Numbered from the stretch's first letter, positions 39,001 through 48,097 are shown. The stretch: 64,000 nucleotides of DNA from Bacteroidota bacterium (GCA_046052345.1 JBJOMN010000001.1:8535-72534), one strand, 5' to 3'. Notes: generated from the sequence alone by a model not told the origin. Numbers and translations are program-made.

Positions 39001-40259
39001 GACGTTTCCCGGCAGGTATCTACCGGCTGATACCCTTCATTCTGGTGCTTGCCGCATGGTCGGCATCGGCATCCGCAGGCACGGTTCGTTTGGTGTCCTG
39101 GAACCTGCTGAACTGGCCGAATGCATCCGACCTGGTCAACGACACCAGTACCCGATGCCCTTATTTCAGGGCGGTCATGGATTCGTTGAAACCTTCCTTG
39201 CTCGTTACGTGCGAAAACCAGTCCACGACCGGCGTACCCTGGTTCCTCCAGCAGGTACTGAATGTCAACACAAATGCATACCGTCAGGGGGTATATATCC
39301 AGGGGGTAGATTCCAACAATGGAATCTTTTATCTGGATTCCCTTTTCACCTTCGTGCGGAACCGGCCAATACGGACGGCTTTACGCGACATCAGTGAGTT
39401 TACCATGTTGTACAAGCCCACAGGAGACACCTTCAGGATATATGCCGTGCATCTAAAAGCCAGTTCGGGTTCGACGAATGAGCAGTTGCGGGCGGCGGAG
39501 GTGGACTCGCTGCGAAAAGTGACGAACGCATTGCCTGCCGGCAGCGATTTCATCGTCTGTGGCGATTTCAATATCTACGGAGACTACGAGCCTGCTTATC
39601 AGAACCTGGTACGCGATAATCCGGGCGACGACGGAGACTTTGTCGATCCGTTGAATATCACAGGAGTATGGAACAATCCGGTGTACAGCATATACCATAC
39701 ACAGTCGACCCGTGCCACATCGGTAGGAGGAGGGGCAGGCGGCGGATTGGACGACCGTTTCGACATGATCCTGTATTCTAATGCGGTGGCTCAGGCGGGC
39801 GGGATGATGTATGTCCCGGGTTCCTGTCAGCCCTTCGGAAACGACGGAAACCATTTCAGCCGTTCCATCAATTTCGGAACCAACGGTGCGGTCCCGCAAG
39901 CACTTGCGAACGCCCTTTACTATTCTTCCGACCACCTTCCGGTTACCGCCCTCTTCGAGTTCGGTACTAATCCGGGAATCGAAGAGTTGGAGTACGGGAG
40001 ATTCATTTCCCTGTTTCCGAATCCTGTGACGGCAGGATTCCAACTTCGGTCAACCCTTCAGGCTCCCCTGGAAATGGACTGGAAGATCTTCACAGCGGAC
40101 GGAAGGCTGCTGGAGGCATCTTCGGTTCCTTTGCATCTTCAACCCGGCGTACCTGTGATGGTGCCGCTTCAAATAAAAGATATTGAAACGGGCTTGTATC
40201 GTTTTGTCGGTTATTTTGATAAAAATATGATAATCAAGAATATAAGCTTTGTTAAATGA
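38997..40259 (+). CDS. Exported endonuclease/exonuclease/phosphatase (DNase I-like) protein with T9SS CTD
   Basis: SWNLLN, E in TCEN, VHLKA, CGDFN, DRFD, SDHLPV; C-terminal LFPNPV...G.Y; ATGA overlap with the S41 gene. Confidence 0.85.
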   Translation: MRRFPAGIYRLIPFILVLAAWSASASAGTVRLVSWNLLNWPNASDLVNDTSTRCPYFRAVMDSLKPSLLVTCENQSTTGVPWFLQQVLNVNTNAYRQGVYIQGVDSNNGIFYLDSLFTFVRNRPIRTALRDISEFTMLYKPTGDTFRIYAVHLKASSGSTNEQLRAAEVDSLRKVTNALPAGSDFIVCGDFNIYGDYEPAYQNLVRDNPGDDGDFVDPLNITGVWNNPVYSIYHTQSTRATSVGGGAGGGLDDRFDMILYSNAVAQAGGMMYVPGSCQPFGNDGNHFSRSINFGTNGAVPQALANALYYSSDHLPVTALFEFGTNPGIEELEYGRFISLFPNPVTAGFQLRSTLQAPLEMDWKIFTADGRLLEASSVPLHLQPGVPVMVPLQIKDIETGLYRFVGYFDKNMIIKNISFVK

Positions 40260-40333
40260 AGTTGATTCCGGCTTTTTCGGCGGGTAACTTTTTATCTTTT
40301 TCGAGGTAAAAAAAACACCTATAAAGGGACCGG

Positions 40334-40900
40334 ATGCCCAGGAAGTCGTCGCTGCTAAAGCCCAAAGTGGGCGCCTTATTGATCTCAGAACCTTTCAATC
40401 CGGATCCCGGCTTCAAGCGTGCTGTGGTGCTGATCAGTCAGCATACACGGAAGGGAACCATCGGATTCGTAATCAATAAACCGACACCACTGAAGGTAGC
40501 GGAGGCGTTGGATGATTTTCCCGATTTCGACGTTCCTGTTTATTGGGGAGGGCCGCTTAAACTGGATTCCATCTATTATATCCACAACCTGGCTGATCTT
40601 CCCGGATGCAAGATGATTCTTCCCGGACTTTTTTGGGGCGGCGAATACGATCATCTTAAGGAAATGATAGAGTCCGGACAGGTACGGACAAAGGATATCA
40701 AATTCATCGCAGGATTCTCTGCCTGGATGCCCGACCAGCTCGAGTCCGAAATTCTTGCAGAAGCCTGGTGGGTGACGGAGGCGGACGCCTACAGCACACT
40801 TATCGAGGAGCCTACCGTAGTCTGGGGAAAAGTGCTGCAGAAGATGGGCCACATCTACGGCATCCTGAACGACTTTCCGGAAGATCCGGGATTGAACTGA
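40334..40900 (+). CDS. YqgE/AlgH family protein
   Basis: LLISEP..DPGFKRAVVLI, GFVINKP, VYWGGP, GFSAW..DQLESEI, DPGLN. Confidence 0.9.
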   Translation: MPRKSSLLKPKVGALLISEPFNPDPGFKRAVVLISQHTRKGTIGFVINKPTPLKVAEALDDFPDFDVPVYWGGPLKLDSIYYIHNLADLPGCKMILPGLFWGGEYDHLKEMIESGQVRTKDIKFIAGFSAWMPDQLESEILAEAWWVTEADAYSTLIEEPTVVWGKVLQKMGHIYGILNDFPEDPGLN

Positions 40901-40926
40901 ATCTTCCGGGCTTTACGGATTCGATT

Positions 40927-41757
40927 TCACCGGAGGGTGATCGTGACCGACCTGTTCCCGATGGAAACAGTGGCTTGGTCGTCACAGTTCCCGCTTCCGA
41001 AATCAATGATGCGGGTCGGTTTACCGGAAGGGCTGATTGAAATACTGCCTGCGGTGATCCAACGGCAGCTGTTGTTTCGGATCAGGGAGGAAATCACCGC
41101 AGAGAAGCTCTGGCCGTTCGAGTTGGAGCCCGATCCCGTGCCGTTGATACGATAGACATCGTCCAGCCAGTTGTTGTTTCCTGCACCGCCTATCAACGTG
41201 CGGGTGCGGGTGGAGTTCCAGGTCCTCCAGTTTCCGCCGGAGAACGTGATACGCATGTTCGTAGCCTGTACATTCCATGCCATGTTGCCTGCATTGTCGG
41301 TGCCGGTGTTGGTAATGGTACGTACGCCTTCGATGTGGCGGCCGTCCACATAGAAGGCGTCAAAGGTCATGACGTGGCTGGAACCGGCGACGAAATAAGC
41401 TCCGGTGTAACTGATCAGGATCCTGCCTGCACGGGTACGACCGTCAAGGCCGGTGCAGCCGCTGCCGAAATCGATCACGATGCTGTTTGCGGAGGTGTCA
41501 TGCGTGACGGTAGCGCAACCTGTGGATTCAAGAGAACCTGCCGGGGAGGACAAGCGCTGTTCGATGGAGCCGTCTCCTTGCCAGACTTGTCCCAGCATGT
41601 TGTCGGCATCGGTCAGGATGCTTTCGAATTGACCGACTTCCGAGCTCACGGTGTTCCCCAGGTCATTATCGTCGTTTTTCTCGCAAGAGAAGACCATCAG
41701 GAAAAGGGCGCTGAGCAGCAACAGGGCCAGTGGCGAAAGGAGGAGTTTGTTTTTCAC
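40927..41757 (-). CDS. Uncharacterised Cys-containing lipoprotein, probably surface exposed
   Basis: Hydrophobic leader plus FSC lipobox followed by EKNDDND; IDFGSG(N)C occurs twice. Start uncertain (GTG 41757 preferred, ATG 41805 possible). Confidence 0.75.
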   Translation of the reverse strand: MKNKLLLSPLALLLLSALFLMVFSCEKNDDNDLGNTVSSEVGQFESILTDADNMLGQVWQGDGSIEQRLSSPAGSLESTGCATVTHDTSANSIVIDFGSGCTGLDGRTRAGRILISYTGAYFVAGSSHVMTFDAFYVDGRHIEGVRTITNTGTDNAGNMAWNVQATNMRITFSGGNWRTWNSTRTRTLIGGAGNNNWLDDVYRINGTGSGSNSNGQSFSAVISSLIRNNSCRWITAGSISISPSGKPTRIIDFGSGNCDDQATVSIGNRSVTITLR

Positions 41758-41812
41758 GGGTCGGTTGGTTTTGAGTGTGCGGGAATGTTTCGTGGATACT
41801 GCCATCTGCAAT

Positions 41813-41839
41813 TAAGATGCCAAGATGGCGAAAGGTTTA
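41813..41839 (-). promoter_or_regulatory. Putative ECF-sigma promoter for the lipoprotein
   Basis: Minus strand TAAACC-tttcgccatcttg-GCATCTTA, an AAC...CAT/CGT bipartite ECF-like pattern. Confidence 0.45.
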
Positions 41840-41858
41840 ATGGATTCGTACAGTTTTT

Positions 41859-42698
41859 TCAAAGCTTACGCAAGGCAGTCAGGTTGACGAGGTCCCAGTC
41901 GTCTTCTTTTTCAGTTTCAAGGACTTTGGGGACATCCGGGAATTTTCGGAGCATCATCCGGAAAGTATCTATGCCTAAGGCGCCATGACCGATATGGTCG
42001 TGCCGGTCCACGCGGCATCCTAATTCCCCTTTGGAGTCATTGAGGTGGATGGCGCGCAGATGTCCGATACCCACCTTTTCGTCGAACTCCTTCCATGTAG
42101 ACTCGAAAGCGGTCTTGCTTCGCAGGTCATAGCCTGCTGCAAATGCATGACACGTGTCGAAACATACGCCAAGTCGTTTGGATCCGACTCCGCGCAGGAT
42201 AGCGCCAAGATGCTCGAAGCGGAAACCAATACTGGTGCCCTGTCCGGCAGTATTCTCGATCAGCACGCCTGATTTACAGTCGGAGGTCTCCGAAAACACC
42301 TCTTTGAGTGCATCTATGACATTTTGAATGGCCTGCTCCTCGCTTTGTCCTTTTGCCGCGCCCGGATGCAGGACACAGAACGGCAGTCCCAGGTCGTTGC
42401 AACGGCGGACTTCTCCGATCAGCGCGTCAACGGATTTTTTGCGAAGCGCCCGGTCCTCGCTTGCGAGGTTAAGCAGGTAGGAGCAATGGGAGAACACGGT
42501 CTTTACGCCTGAAGCTTTCCAGGCTTTTCGGAATTGTGCAGTGACCTCCTCGTCCAGTTTCTTATTGATCCATTGGCGCTGGTTCTGGGTGAAGATCTGA
42601 AACGTATCTATTCCCAGCTTACCGGCCTCCTCAAAGGAATTATGGAGTCCTCCGCTGATGGAGCAGTGCACTCCCAACATGCTTTTTGTAGCGGTCAT
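41859..42698 (-). CDS. nfo: Endonuclease IV (AP endonuclease)
   Basis: LGVHCSISGG, FQIFT.N.RQW, HCSYLLNL, VLHPG, IENTAGQG, CFDTCHAFAAGYD, HLNDSK, DRH.HIG.G, LET. Start set at MTATK. Confidence 0.95.
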   Translation of the reverse strand: MTATKSMLGVHCSISGGLHNSFEEAGKLGIDTFQIFTQNQRQWINKKLDEEVTAQFRKAWKASGVKTVFSHCSYLLNLASEDRALRKKSVDALIGEVRRCNDLGLPFCVLHPGAAKGQSEEQAIQNVIDALKEVFSETSDCKSGVLIENTAGQGTSIGFRFEHLGAILRGVGSKRLGVCFDTCHAFAAGYDLRSKTAFESTWKEFDEKVGIGHLRAIHLNDSKGELGCRVDRHDHIGHGALGIDTFRMMLRKFPDVPKVLETEKEDDWDLVNLTALRKL

Positions 42699-42874
42699 TT
42701 CACAACGAAGATACACGGATGCCCTGTCTTAAATCTGTACTCAACCTGAGTTTTACAGCGTCGCGATTTTCAGGAAAGGAAGTCAACGGATTCGTTTCCG
42801 CGTTCTTCCGCAAGACCATTCGGGGTGCGCACAATATTTTTTTTTACAGGGCGTCGGATGTGTTGAAATTCCCT

Positions 42875-42882
42875 TATTTTTG
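42875..42882 (+). promoter_or_regulatory. Bacteroidota -7 element for the tRNA gene
   Basis: TATTTTTG about 85 nt upstream of the tRNA, preceded by a T-tract. Confidence 0.65.
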
Positions 42883-42965
42883 CACCCTCGAAAACGGGTA
42901 AAGTTTTACGAGCCATTCGCAAAGCTTTCATTTCGAGGATATTAAAACCCGATTGCGTAAAGCAG

Positions 42966-43038
42966 GATTCCGTAGCTCAGTTGGTAGAGCAATACACTTT
43001 TAATGTATGGGTCCTGGGTTCGAGTCCCAGCGGAATCA
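42966..43038 (+). tRNA. tRNA-Lys (anticodon UUU); CCA not encoded
   Basis: Acceptor GATTCCG/CGGAATC, D arm GCTC-AGTTGGTA-GAGC, anticodon arm ATACA-CTTTTAA-TGTAT, T arm CTGGG-TTCGAGT-CCCAG, discriminator A. Confidence 0.97.
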
Positions 43039-43052
43039 CAAGACAACAACTC

Positions 43053-43081
43053 AAAAGGCCTCCGAAAGGAGGCCTTTTTTT
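43053..43081. terminator. Bidirectional intrinsic terminator between tRNA-Lys and the convergent GNAT gene
   Basis: AAAAGGCCTCC-GAAA-GGAGGCCTTTTTTT. Confidence 0.9.
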
Positions 43082-43088
43082 GTGCCTA

Positions 43089-44246
43089 TCAAAGGATGGG
43101 ATGGCGAACGAATTCCTTGCTGCGGTCGAAGAGGTATCGGTAGGTCACAAGGATCCTGCTCTTTTCAGTGCCCAGTGATTCGGCGATGCGGTACATCTTC
43201 GGATTGAAGTCCCCGATCCACTGCATTTCGTAACGTTTGTAATTGGTCTTGCTGCGGATCACCGCGGCGCCCTCCATGATCATGAAACTCTCCACGCCCT
43301 TTCCCTGGTGCTCCGGAACGATACCGAATACCATGCCTATGAGTTTGTCGATTTTTCCGGTCCGCAGGAGGTAGACGAACCGTAATTTCTCCATCCAGCC
43401 GAACTTGCCGTCGAATCTGCGGAACAATTGGTTGATATCCGGCAGATTGATCCACATGGCGACCGGATCACCGTTATAATAGACGAACCAGACCGCCTTT
43501 TCATCGATTACGGGTTTCATGGTCCGGAAAAAACGGCGCACCTGTTTTGATTCCAACGCTTTACCGCTTCCGTGTTTCACCCATGCTTTGTTGTACACCG
43601 TCCGGAAATCCTCGGCGTAGCGGTCGAGCCGGCTCTTACGCAGGTGCTCGGCTTTGTACCCCGGATCCTGCTTCACCTGCGCATGCCGTGTGGCGAACTT
43701 ATCCGCAAGCTGCTGGTCGACGTTCAAGGAGAAACACCACTGCTCGAAATAGGTCTTGAATCCGTAGTTTTCGAAGAGTTCCCTGTAGTAAGGAGCATTG
43801 TAATTCATCTTGTAGGGAACTTCCGGAAACCCTTTCACCAGCAATCCCCACCAGCTGTCCCGTTCGCCGAAATTCACGGGGCCGTCCATTGCTTCCATGC
43901 CACGGTCCGACAACCACCGTTTTGCGGTCTCGAACAACAGGTTAGCGGCACTTTGGTCGTTGATGCATTCGAAGAATCCCGTTCCGCCGGTAGGTTGCGG
44001 TTCTTTTTTTGAAGTCCGTTCGTTGATGAATACGGCGATCCGCCCGATGGTTTCGCCCTTGCCGTCCTCCAGCAGAAAGCGCGTGCATTTGCCGTGGCGG
44101 AAGAATTTGTTCCTTTCCGGGTCGAAAACCTCTTCAATGTCCTTGTCGAGAGGACGTATCCAGTCCGGGTCGTTCTTGTAGATTTTCAGAGGAAGGAGAA
44201 GGAATTCCTGCCTGTCCTTGTCGCTGCTGACTTCGTGGATGGTCAT
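43089..44246 (-). CDS. Tandem-GNAT protein of the YghO / bacterial ceramide synthase (bCerS)-like family
   Basis: F..LP..IY.NDP.WI.PL, IGRIAVFIN, GFFECIND, WL...G.....GP.N, GLLV.GF, YNAPYY..L.E.YGF, LPDIN, GIVPEHQGKG, W....NPKM; 385 aa. Confidence 0.7.
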   Translation of the reverse strand: MTIHEVSSDKDRQEFLLLPLKIYKNDPDWIRPLDKDIEEVFDPERNKFFRHGKCTRFLLEDGKGETIGRIAVFINERTSKKEPQPTGGTGFFECINDQSAANLLFETAKRWLSDRGMEAMDGPVNFGERDSWWGLLVKGFPEVPYKMNYNAPYYRELFENYGFKTYFEQWCFSLNVDQQLADKFATRHAQVKQDPGYKAEHLRKSRLDRYAEDFRTVYNKAWVKHGSGKALESKQVRRFFRTMKPVIDEKAVWFVYYNGDPVAMWINLPDINQLFRRFDGKFGWMEKLRFVYLLRTGKIDKLIGMVFGIVPEHQGKGVESFMIMEGAAVIRSKTNYKRYEMQWIGDFNPKMYRIAESLGTEKSRILVTYRYLFDRSKEFVRHPIL

Positions 44247-44284
44247 CGTATCACGAATGTACGCAACTGACGGAAAAAGGGGTG

Positions 44285-44311
44285 AAAAAAAAGACCGCCG
44301 TATGGCGGTCT
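44285..44311 (-). terminator. Intrinsic terminator of dnaA
   Basis: Minus strand AGACCGCC-ATAC-GGCGGTCT-TTTTTTT, 8 nt after the dnaA stop. Confidence 0.85.
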
Positions 44312-44319
44312 CGGGAGTG

Positions 44320-45753
44320 TCATTTTGCGTTGATGGAGATTTTTTTCTGAAGCTCCTGTACGCTCGCTTTGAACTTCTTATCGGTCTCGATCAGGTTGTT
44401 GACCGTGCGGCAGGCGTGAAGCACGGTCGCGTGGTCCTTCCCTCCGCAGTGCGCACCGATGCTGCTCAGCGAGGATTTCGTCATGTTCTTGGCGAAGTAC
44501 ATGGCGATCTGTCGGGCCTGGACGACCTGACGCTTGCGCGTCTTCGACTTGAGCATCTCGATGGGCAGGTCGAAGTAATCACAGACCACCTTCTGGATGT
44601 AGTCGATGGAGACCTCGTGCGTGGTGTTCTTCACGTACTTGTCGATCATCTGTTTGGCCAGCTCCAGGGTGACGGCGCGCTTGTTCATGGAGGCCTGAGC
44701 CAGAATGGAGATCAGTGCTCCCTCCAGTTCGCGGATGTTCGAAGTGATGCTGTAGGCGATATATTCAACAATCTCCTTGGGAAGCTCGATGCCGTCCTGG
44801 TACATCTTGCGGTTCAGGATGGCGATACGTGTCTCCAGGTCAGGCATTTGAAGGTCGGCAGCCAATCCCCACTTGAAGCGGCTCAGCAGCCGTTGCTCCA
44901 TGCCCTGGAGGTCAACCGGTGCCTTGTCGGAAGTAAGGATGATCTGCTTGCCCGTCTGGTGGAGGTGGTTGAAGATGTGGAAGAAGACATCCTGCGTCTT
45001 CTCCTTGCCTGCAAGGAATTGGATATCATCGATGATGAGCACATCCATCATCTGGTAGAAATGGACGAAATCGTTCTGCTCGTTGTTCTTTACGGCATCG
45101 ATGAACTGCAGGGTGAACTTGTCGGCCGTGACGTAAAGGACGGTCTTGCCGGGGTGGAGGTTCTTGATTTCTATCCCGATTGCATGCGCCAGATGGGTCT
45201 TGCCCATTCCGACGCCGCCGTAAATAAGCAGGGGATTGAACGCGGTGCCGCCCGGTTTGCTGGCGACCGCGTAGCCCGCGGAGCGGGCAAGGCGGTTACA
45301 ATCGCCCTCTACGAAGGTGTCGAAGTTGTAATTGATATTGAGCTGCGACTCCACGTTCACCTTCTTCAGTCCGGGGATGATGAAAGGGTTACGGATGGAA
45401 TTACTGCTGCTGCTCATCGGAGCGTTCACCGGGGTGTTACGGAGTTCGGAGGCAGCCTTGGTGGGCAGCTTGACCGTGTAGGGCTTGTCGGCCGTACCGT
45501 GTTCCATTACGATGCTGTACTCAAGTCGACCTTCCGTGCCCAGTTGCTGCCGGATAACCTTCTTCAAGAGGGTGATGTAATGCTCTTCCAGCCATTCATA
45601 GAAGAACTGGCTGGGGACCTCGATGGTCAGGACCTTGCCGTCAAGTTTTACAGGCTTGATCGGCTCGAACCACGTCTTGAAGCTCTGGGGCGTGACGTTG
45701 TCCTTGATGATCTGCAAGCATTTCTTCCAAACACTCTCGCAGGTTTTTTCCAT
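44320..45753 (-). CDS. dnaA: Chromosomal replication initiator
   Basis: SFKTWF domain I, YNFDTFVEG..N, NPLLIYGGVGMGKTHL, LIIDDIQFL, RLLSRFKWGL, NIRELEGAL, ARQIAMY, GGKDHATVLHA. Confidence 0.99.
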   Translation of the reverse strand: MEKTCESVWKKCLQIIKDNVTPQSFKTWFEPIKPVKLDGKVLTIEVPSQFFYEWLEEHYITLLKKVIRQQLGTEGRLEYSIVMEHGTADKPYTVKLPTKAASELRNTPVNAPMSSSSNSIRNPFIIPGLKKVNVESQLNINYNFDTFVEGDCNRLARSAGYAVASKPGGTAFNPLLIYGGVGMGKTHLAHAIGIEIKNLHPGKTVLYVTADKFTLQFIDAVKNNEQNDFVHFYQMMDVLIIDDIQFLAGKEKTQDVFFHIFNHLHQTGKQIILTSDKAPVDLQGMEQRLLSRFKWGLAADLQMPDLETRIAILNRKMYQDGIELPKEIVEYIAYSITSNIRELEGALISILAQASMNKRAVTLELAKQMIDKYVKNTTHEVSIDYIQKVVCDYFDLPIEMLKSKTRKRQVVQARQIAMYFAKNMTKSSLSSIGAHCGGKDHATVLHACRTVNNLIETDKKFKASVQELQKKISINAK

Positions 45754-45936
45754 ATCAAATCGTCTCCTAGGTTAATGATGGTTAAGCGAAGTCAGATGCG
45801 CGACACACGTTGCGGCACGACGTTTGCAGACCAGGAAAAAAGGGCGGCGAATGTGTGTCTCATGTGTGTTTCAAAAATCGGTTAGCAAATGTGTTAATTA
45901 ATCGTCACAAAAAAAAATCCCGGACCCTATTGTTTT

Positions 45937-46857
45937 TTAAAAAAGATTTTCTTGTGAAGTGAAGTGTACTGATTTTCCATATGTTGCAGTGAACATGAAA
46001 TCCACGCGTCCCAGCCTTACACCGCCCCAACCGGCCTGAGCTACAAGGACCTGCCTTCCTTCGCGGTTGGAGAATTTCACCGGCGTGTCCAGAAACGTGT
46101 GCGTATGTCCTCCGATTATTATATCTATTCCTGAGGTTTCTTTTGCAAGGATCTCGTCGCTCACTTTTCTTTCAGCGTATTGATAGCCAAGGTGCGAGAG
46201 GCAAATCACCAAGTCGCAGCGCTCCTCGTCACGGAGCAGTCGTGAAGTCATTTCGGCTTGTTTCAACGGGTCCAGATAGGCCACACCTTTGCATACGGAC
46301 GGATCGATGAGTCCGGCAGGATCAATTCCAATTCCGAAAACACCTACCCGCACACGCCCTTTCCGGAACACCTTATAGCGCCGTGCAAGTCCGACAAGCG
46401 GAGTATCCTCGAGGTCGTAGTTCACGCTCAGGAACGGGAAGTCCGCCTGCCTCATACGGGTCGCCAGGTTGTCGATGCCGCCGTCGAAATCATGGTTGCC
46501 GATGGTGGCCGCGTCGTATCCCATCTGGTTCATCAGCCGGATTTCCGGCTCTCCTTGGAAGAGGTTGAAGTAGGGGGTTCCCTGGAAGATATCCCCGGCA
46601 TCCAGCAGTAAGACGTGTTCGTGCTCGCTGCGGATCCGTCGGATGACTTCAGACCTGCGGGCGAATCCTCCCATGCCCGGGAATTTCGGGTCGTTCGCGG
46701 GGAAGGGGTCAATTCTGCTGTGGACGTCGTTAGTATGAAGCAACACGATCCTGGTTCCTTCGCCGGCGGCGAAGAGGTGATCCGACCATAATCCTGACGC
46801 AAGCAGCACCGAGGATCCCGCCATCGATCGCAGAAATTTCCTTCTATTCAACTGCAT
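45937..46857 (-). CDS. 5'-nucleotidase catalytic (metallophosphoesterase) subunit with Tat signal
   Basis: NRRKFL twin-arginine leader, LHTNDVHS, LDAGDIFQG, GNHDFD, LSHLG, GGHTH; no C-terminal substrate domain. Start moved to MQLNRR. Confidence 0.88.
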   Translation of the reverse strand: MQLNRRKFLRSMAGSSVLLASGLWSDHLFAAGEGTRIVLLHTNDVHSRIDPFPANDPKFPGMGGFARRSEVIRRIRSEHEHVLLLDAGDIFQGTPYFNLFQGEPEIRLMNQMGYDAATIGNHDFDGGIDNLATRMRQADFPFLSVNYDLEDTPLVGLARRYKVFRKGRVRVGVFGIGIDPAGLIDPSVCKGVAYLDPLKQAEMTSRLLRDEERCDLVICLSHLGYQYAERKVSDEILAKETSGIDIIIGGHTHTFLDTPVKFSNREGRQVLVAQAGWGGVRLGRVDFMFTATYGKSVHFTSQENLF

Positions 46858-47617
46858 AGCGAATTCGTCCGTCTGTCCGGGCATTGATGGTTTCTCCTTT
46901 GTTTCCTTTATCACGGGCGTAATCGATCAGGGCATCGCGAATCAGGAGCTCCGTGTTCAACCTGGCGGCTGATCGCTTGAACAGTTCGAAGTGGTCGCCC
47001 CCGTTGGCCAGGTAGTCCGCGGTAAATACCCGGTAGTTCTTCAGGGTGTCCAGCGGCATTCCACCGACAGTGATATCTTGGGGTTTACCGGATGATTTAT
47101 CAATGATAAAAGATATTCCTGAGACCGGTGTCCCGCCCATTGCAGAAATGAACTCGCACAGTTGTGCCGTCAATTTTCCGTCGCAGGTCAGAACTTCCAG
47201 ACGGTTTTCGAAGGGCATTACTTCATAGATGTGGCCAAGGGTGATATTTCCTTTCGGCAGCGGTTTTCTGAGTCCTCCGTTATTAAGGATGATGAAATCA
47301 GCCGGCGCTTCTTTCATTTCCAGAAGTCTGGTGTTTCCTTCCTGCAGGCAGACATCCGCGACGAAATTGCCCAGGGCTCCTTCCGGCAGGCCTTTTTCCA
47401 TCAAGGTCTCGGAACGGCATAGGACTTCCGACATACGTTCCGTCAGGACCTTCCGGTATCGTTCTGCCGCCAGATGGACAGAGGAGTCTATGACCGGTTC
47501 AAGGGAGTCATTCAGCAGGTACTGTTGTGTCGTGACGGTTTCGAGTCGGTACGTAGTGCACGACAACGTTCCGGCCAGCGAAGCGATGTAAAGGAGCGGC
47601 AGGAATCGTGTACGCAT
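46844..47617 (-). CDS. 5'-nucleotidase C-terminal (substrate-binding) domain lipoprotein
   Basis: LSC lipobox, LGNFVAD, NNGGLR..LP.G.IT..IYEVMPFEN, DYLANGGD, RDALIDY, DGRI. Confidence 0.88.
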   Translation of the reverse strand: MRTRFLPLLYIASLAGTLSCTTYRLETVTTQQYLLNDSLEPVIDSSVHLAAERYRKVLTERMSEVLCRSETLMEKGLPEGALGNFVADVCLQEGNTRLLEMKEAPADFIILNNGGLRKPLPKGNITLGHIYEVMPFENRLEVLTCDGKLTAQLCEFISAMGGTPVSGISFIIDKSSGKPQDITVGGMPLDTLKNYRVFTADYLANGGDHFELFKRSAARLNTELLIRDALIDYARDKGNKGETINARTDGRIRYAVE

Positions 47618-47686
47618 TTTCAGAAAGGGATTGTAAGTATAGGAAAAGGATACTGATTATCTTCGCGATTCATCGCATTATTGGAA

Positions 47687-48097
47687 ATGTACCGATCGAC
47701 CGTTAAGATACGCGTGCGCTACGCGGAAACCGACCGTATGGGTTATGTCTATTACGGCAACTACGCCACCTATTTCGAAGTGGCCCGGGTGGAAGCGCTT
47801 CGTGAGCTCGGTATAAGTTATCGTTCACTCGAGGATGCCGGTATCCTGCTTCCTGTCCTCGATTATTCGGTACGTTACCGCCGTCCGGCTTATTATGATG
47901 ACGAATTGGAGATCCGCACGGTGATCACTGAACTCCCCAAGACCCGTATCTTTTTCACCTATGAAGTGGTGAATGCGGAAGGGGTCACCATCACTACCGC
48001 CGAAACGACACTCGTTTTCATCGACAAAGCCTCCGGAAAGCCGCATCCTGCACCGAAGGAGATACTGGAGGCCATGAAACCTCATTTCCCCGGCTGA
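47687..48097 (+). CDS. Acyl-CoA thioesterase (YbgC family)
   Basis: RVRYAETDRMGYVYYGNYATYFEVARVE, PAYYDD. Confidence 0.9.
   Translation: MYRSTVKIRVRYAETDRMGYVYYGNYATYFEVARVEALRELGISYRSLEDAGILLPVLDYSVRYRRPAYYDDELEIRTVITELPKTRIFFTYEVVNAEGVTITTAETTLVFIDKASGKPHPAPKEILEAMKPHFPG

Noticed and set aside
42966-43089. tRNA-Lys as a possible integration site
   Set aside because: The tRNA is followed directly by its terminator and a conserved gene; no integrase or duplicated tRNA 3' end seen.
42981-43207. Short ORFs overlapping the tRNA
   Set aside because: They run through the tRNA and terminator and are spurious.
44218-45885. 555-aa ORF antisense to and spanning dnaA
   Set aside because: Codon-aligned shadow frame expected when a gene avoids TTA, CTA and TCA codons; no recognisable domain.
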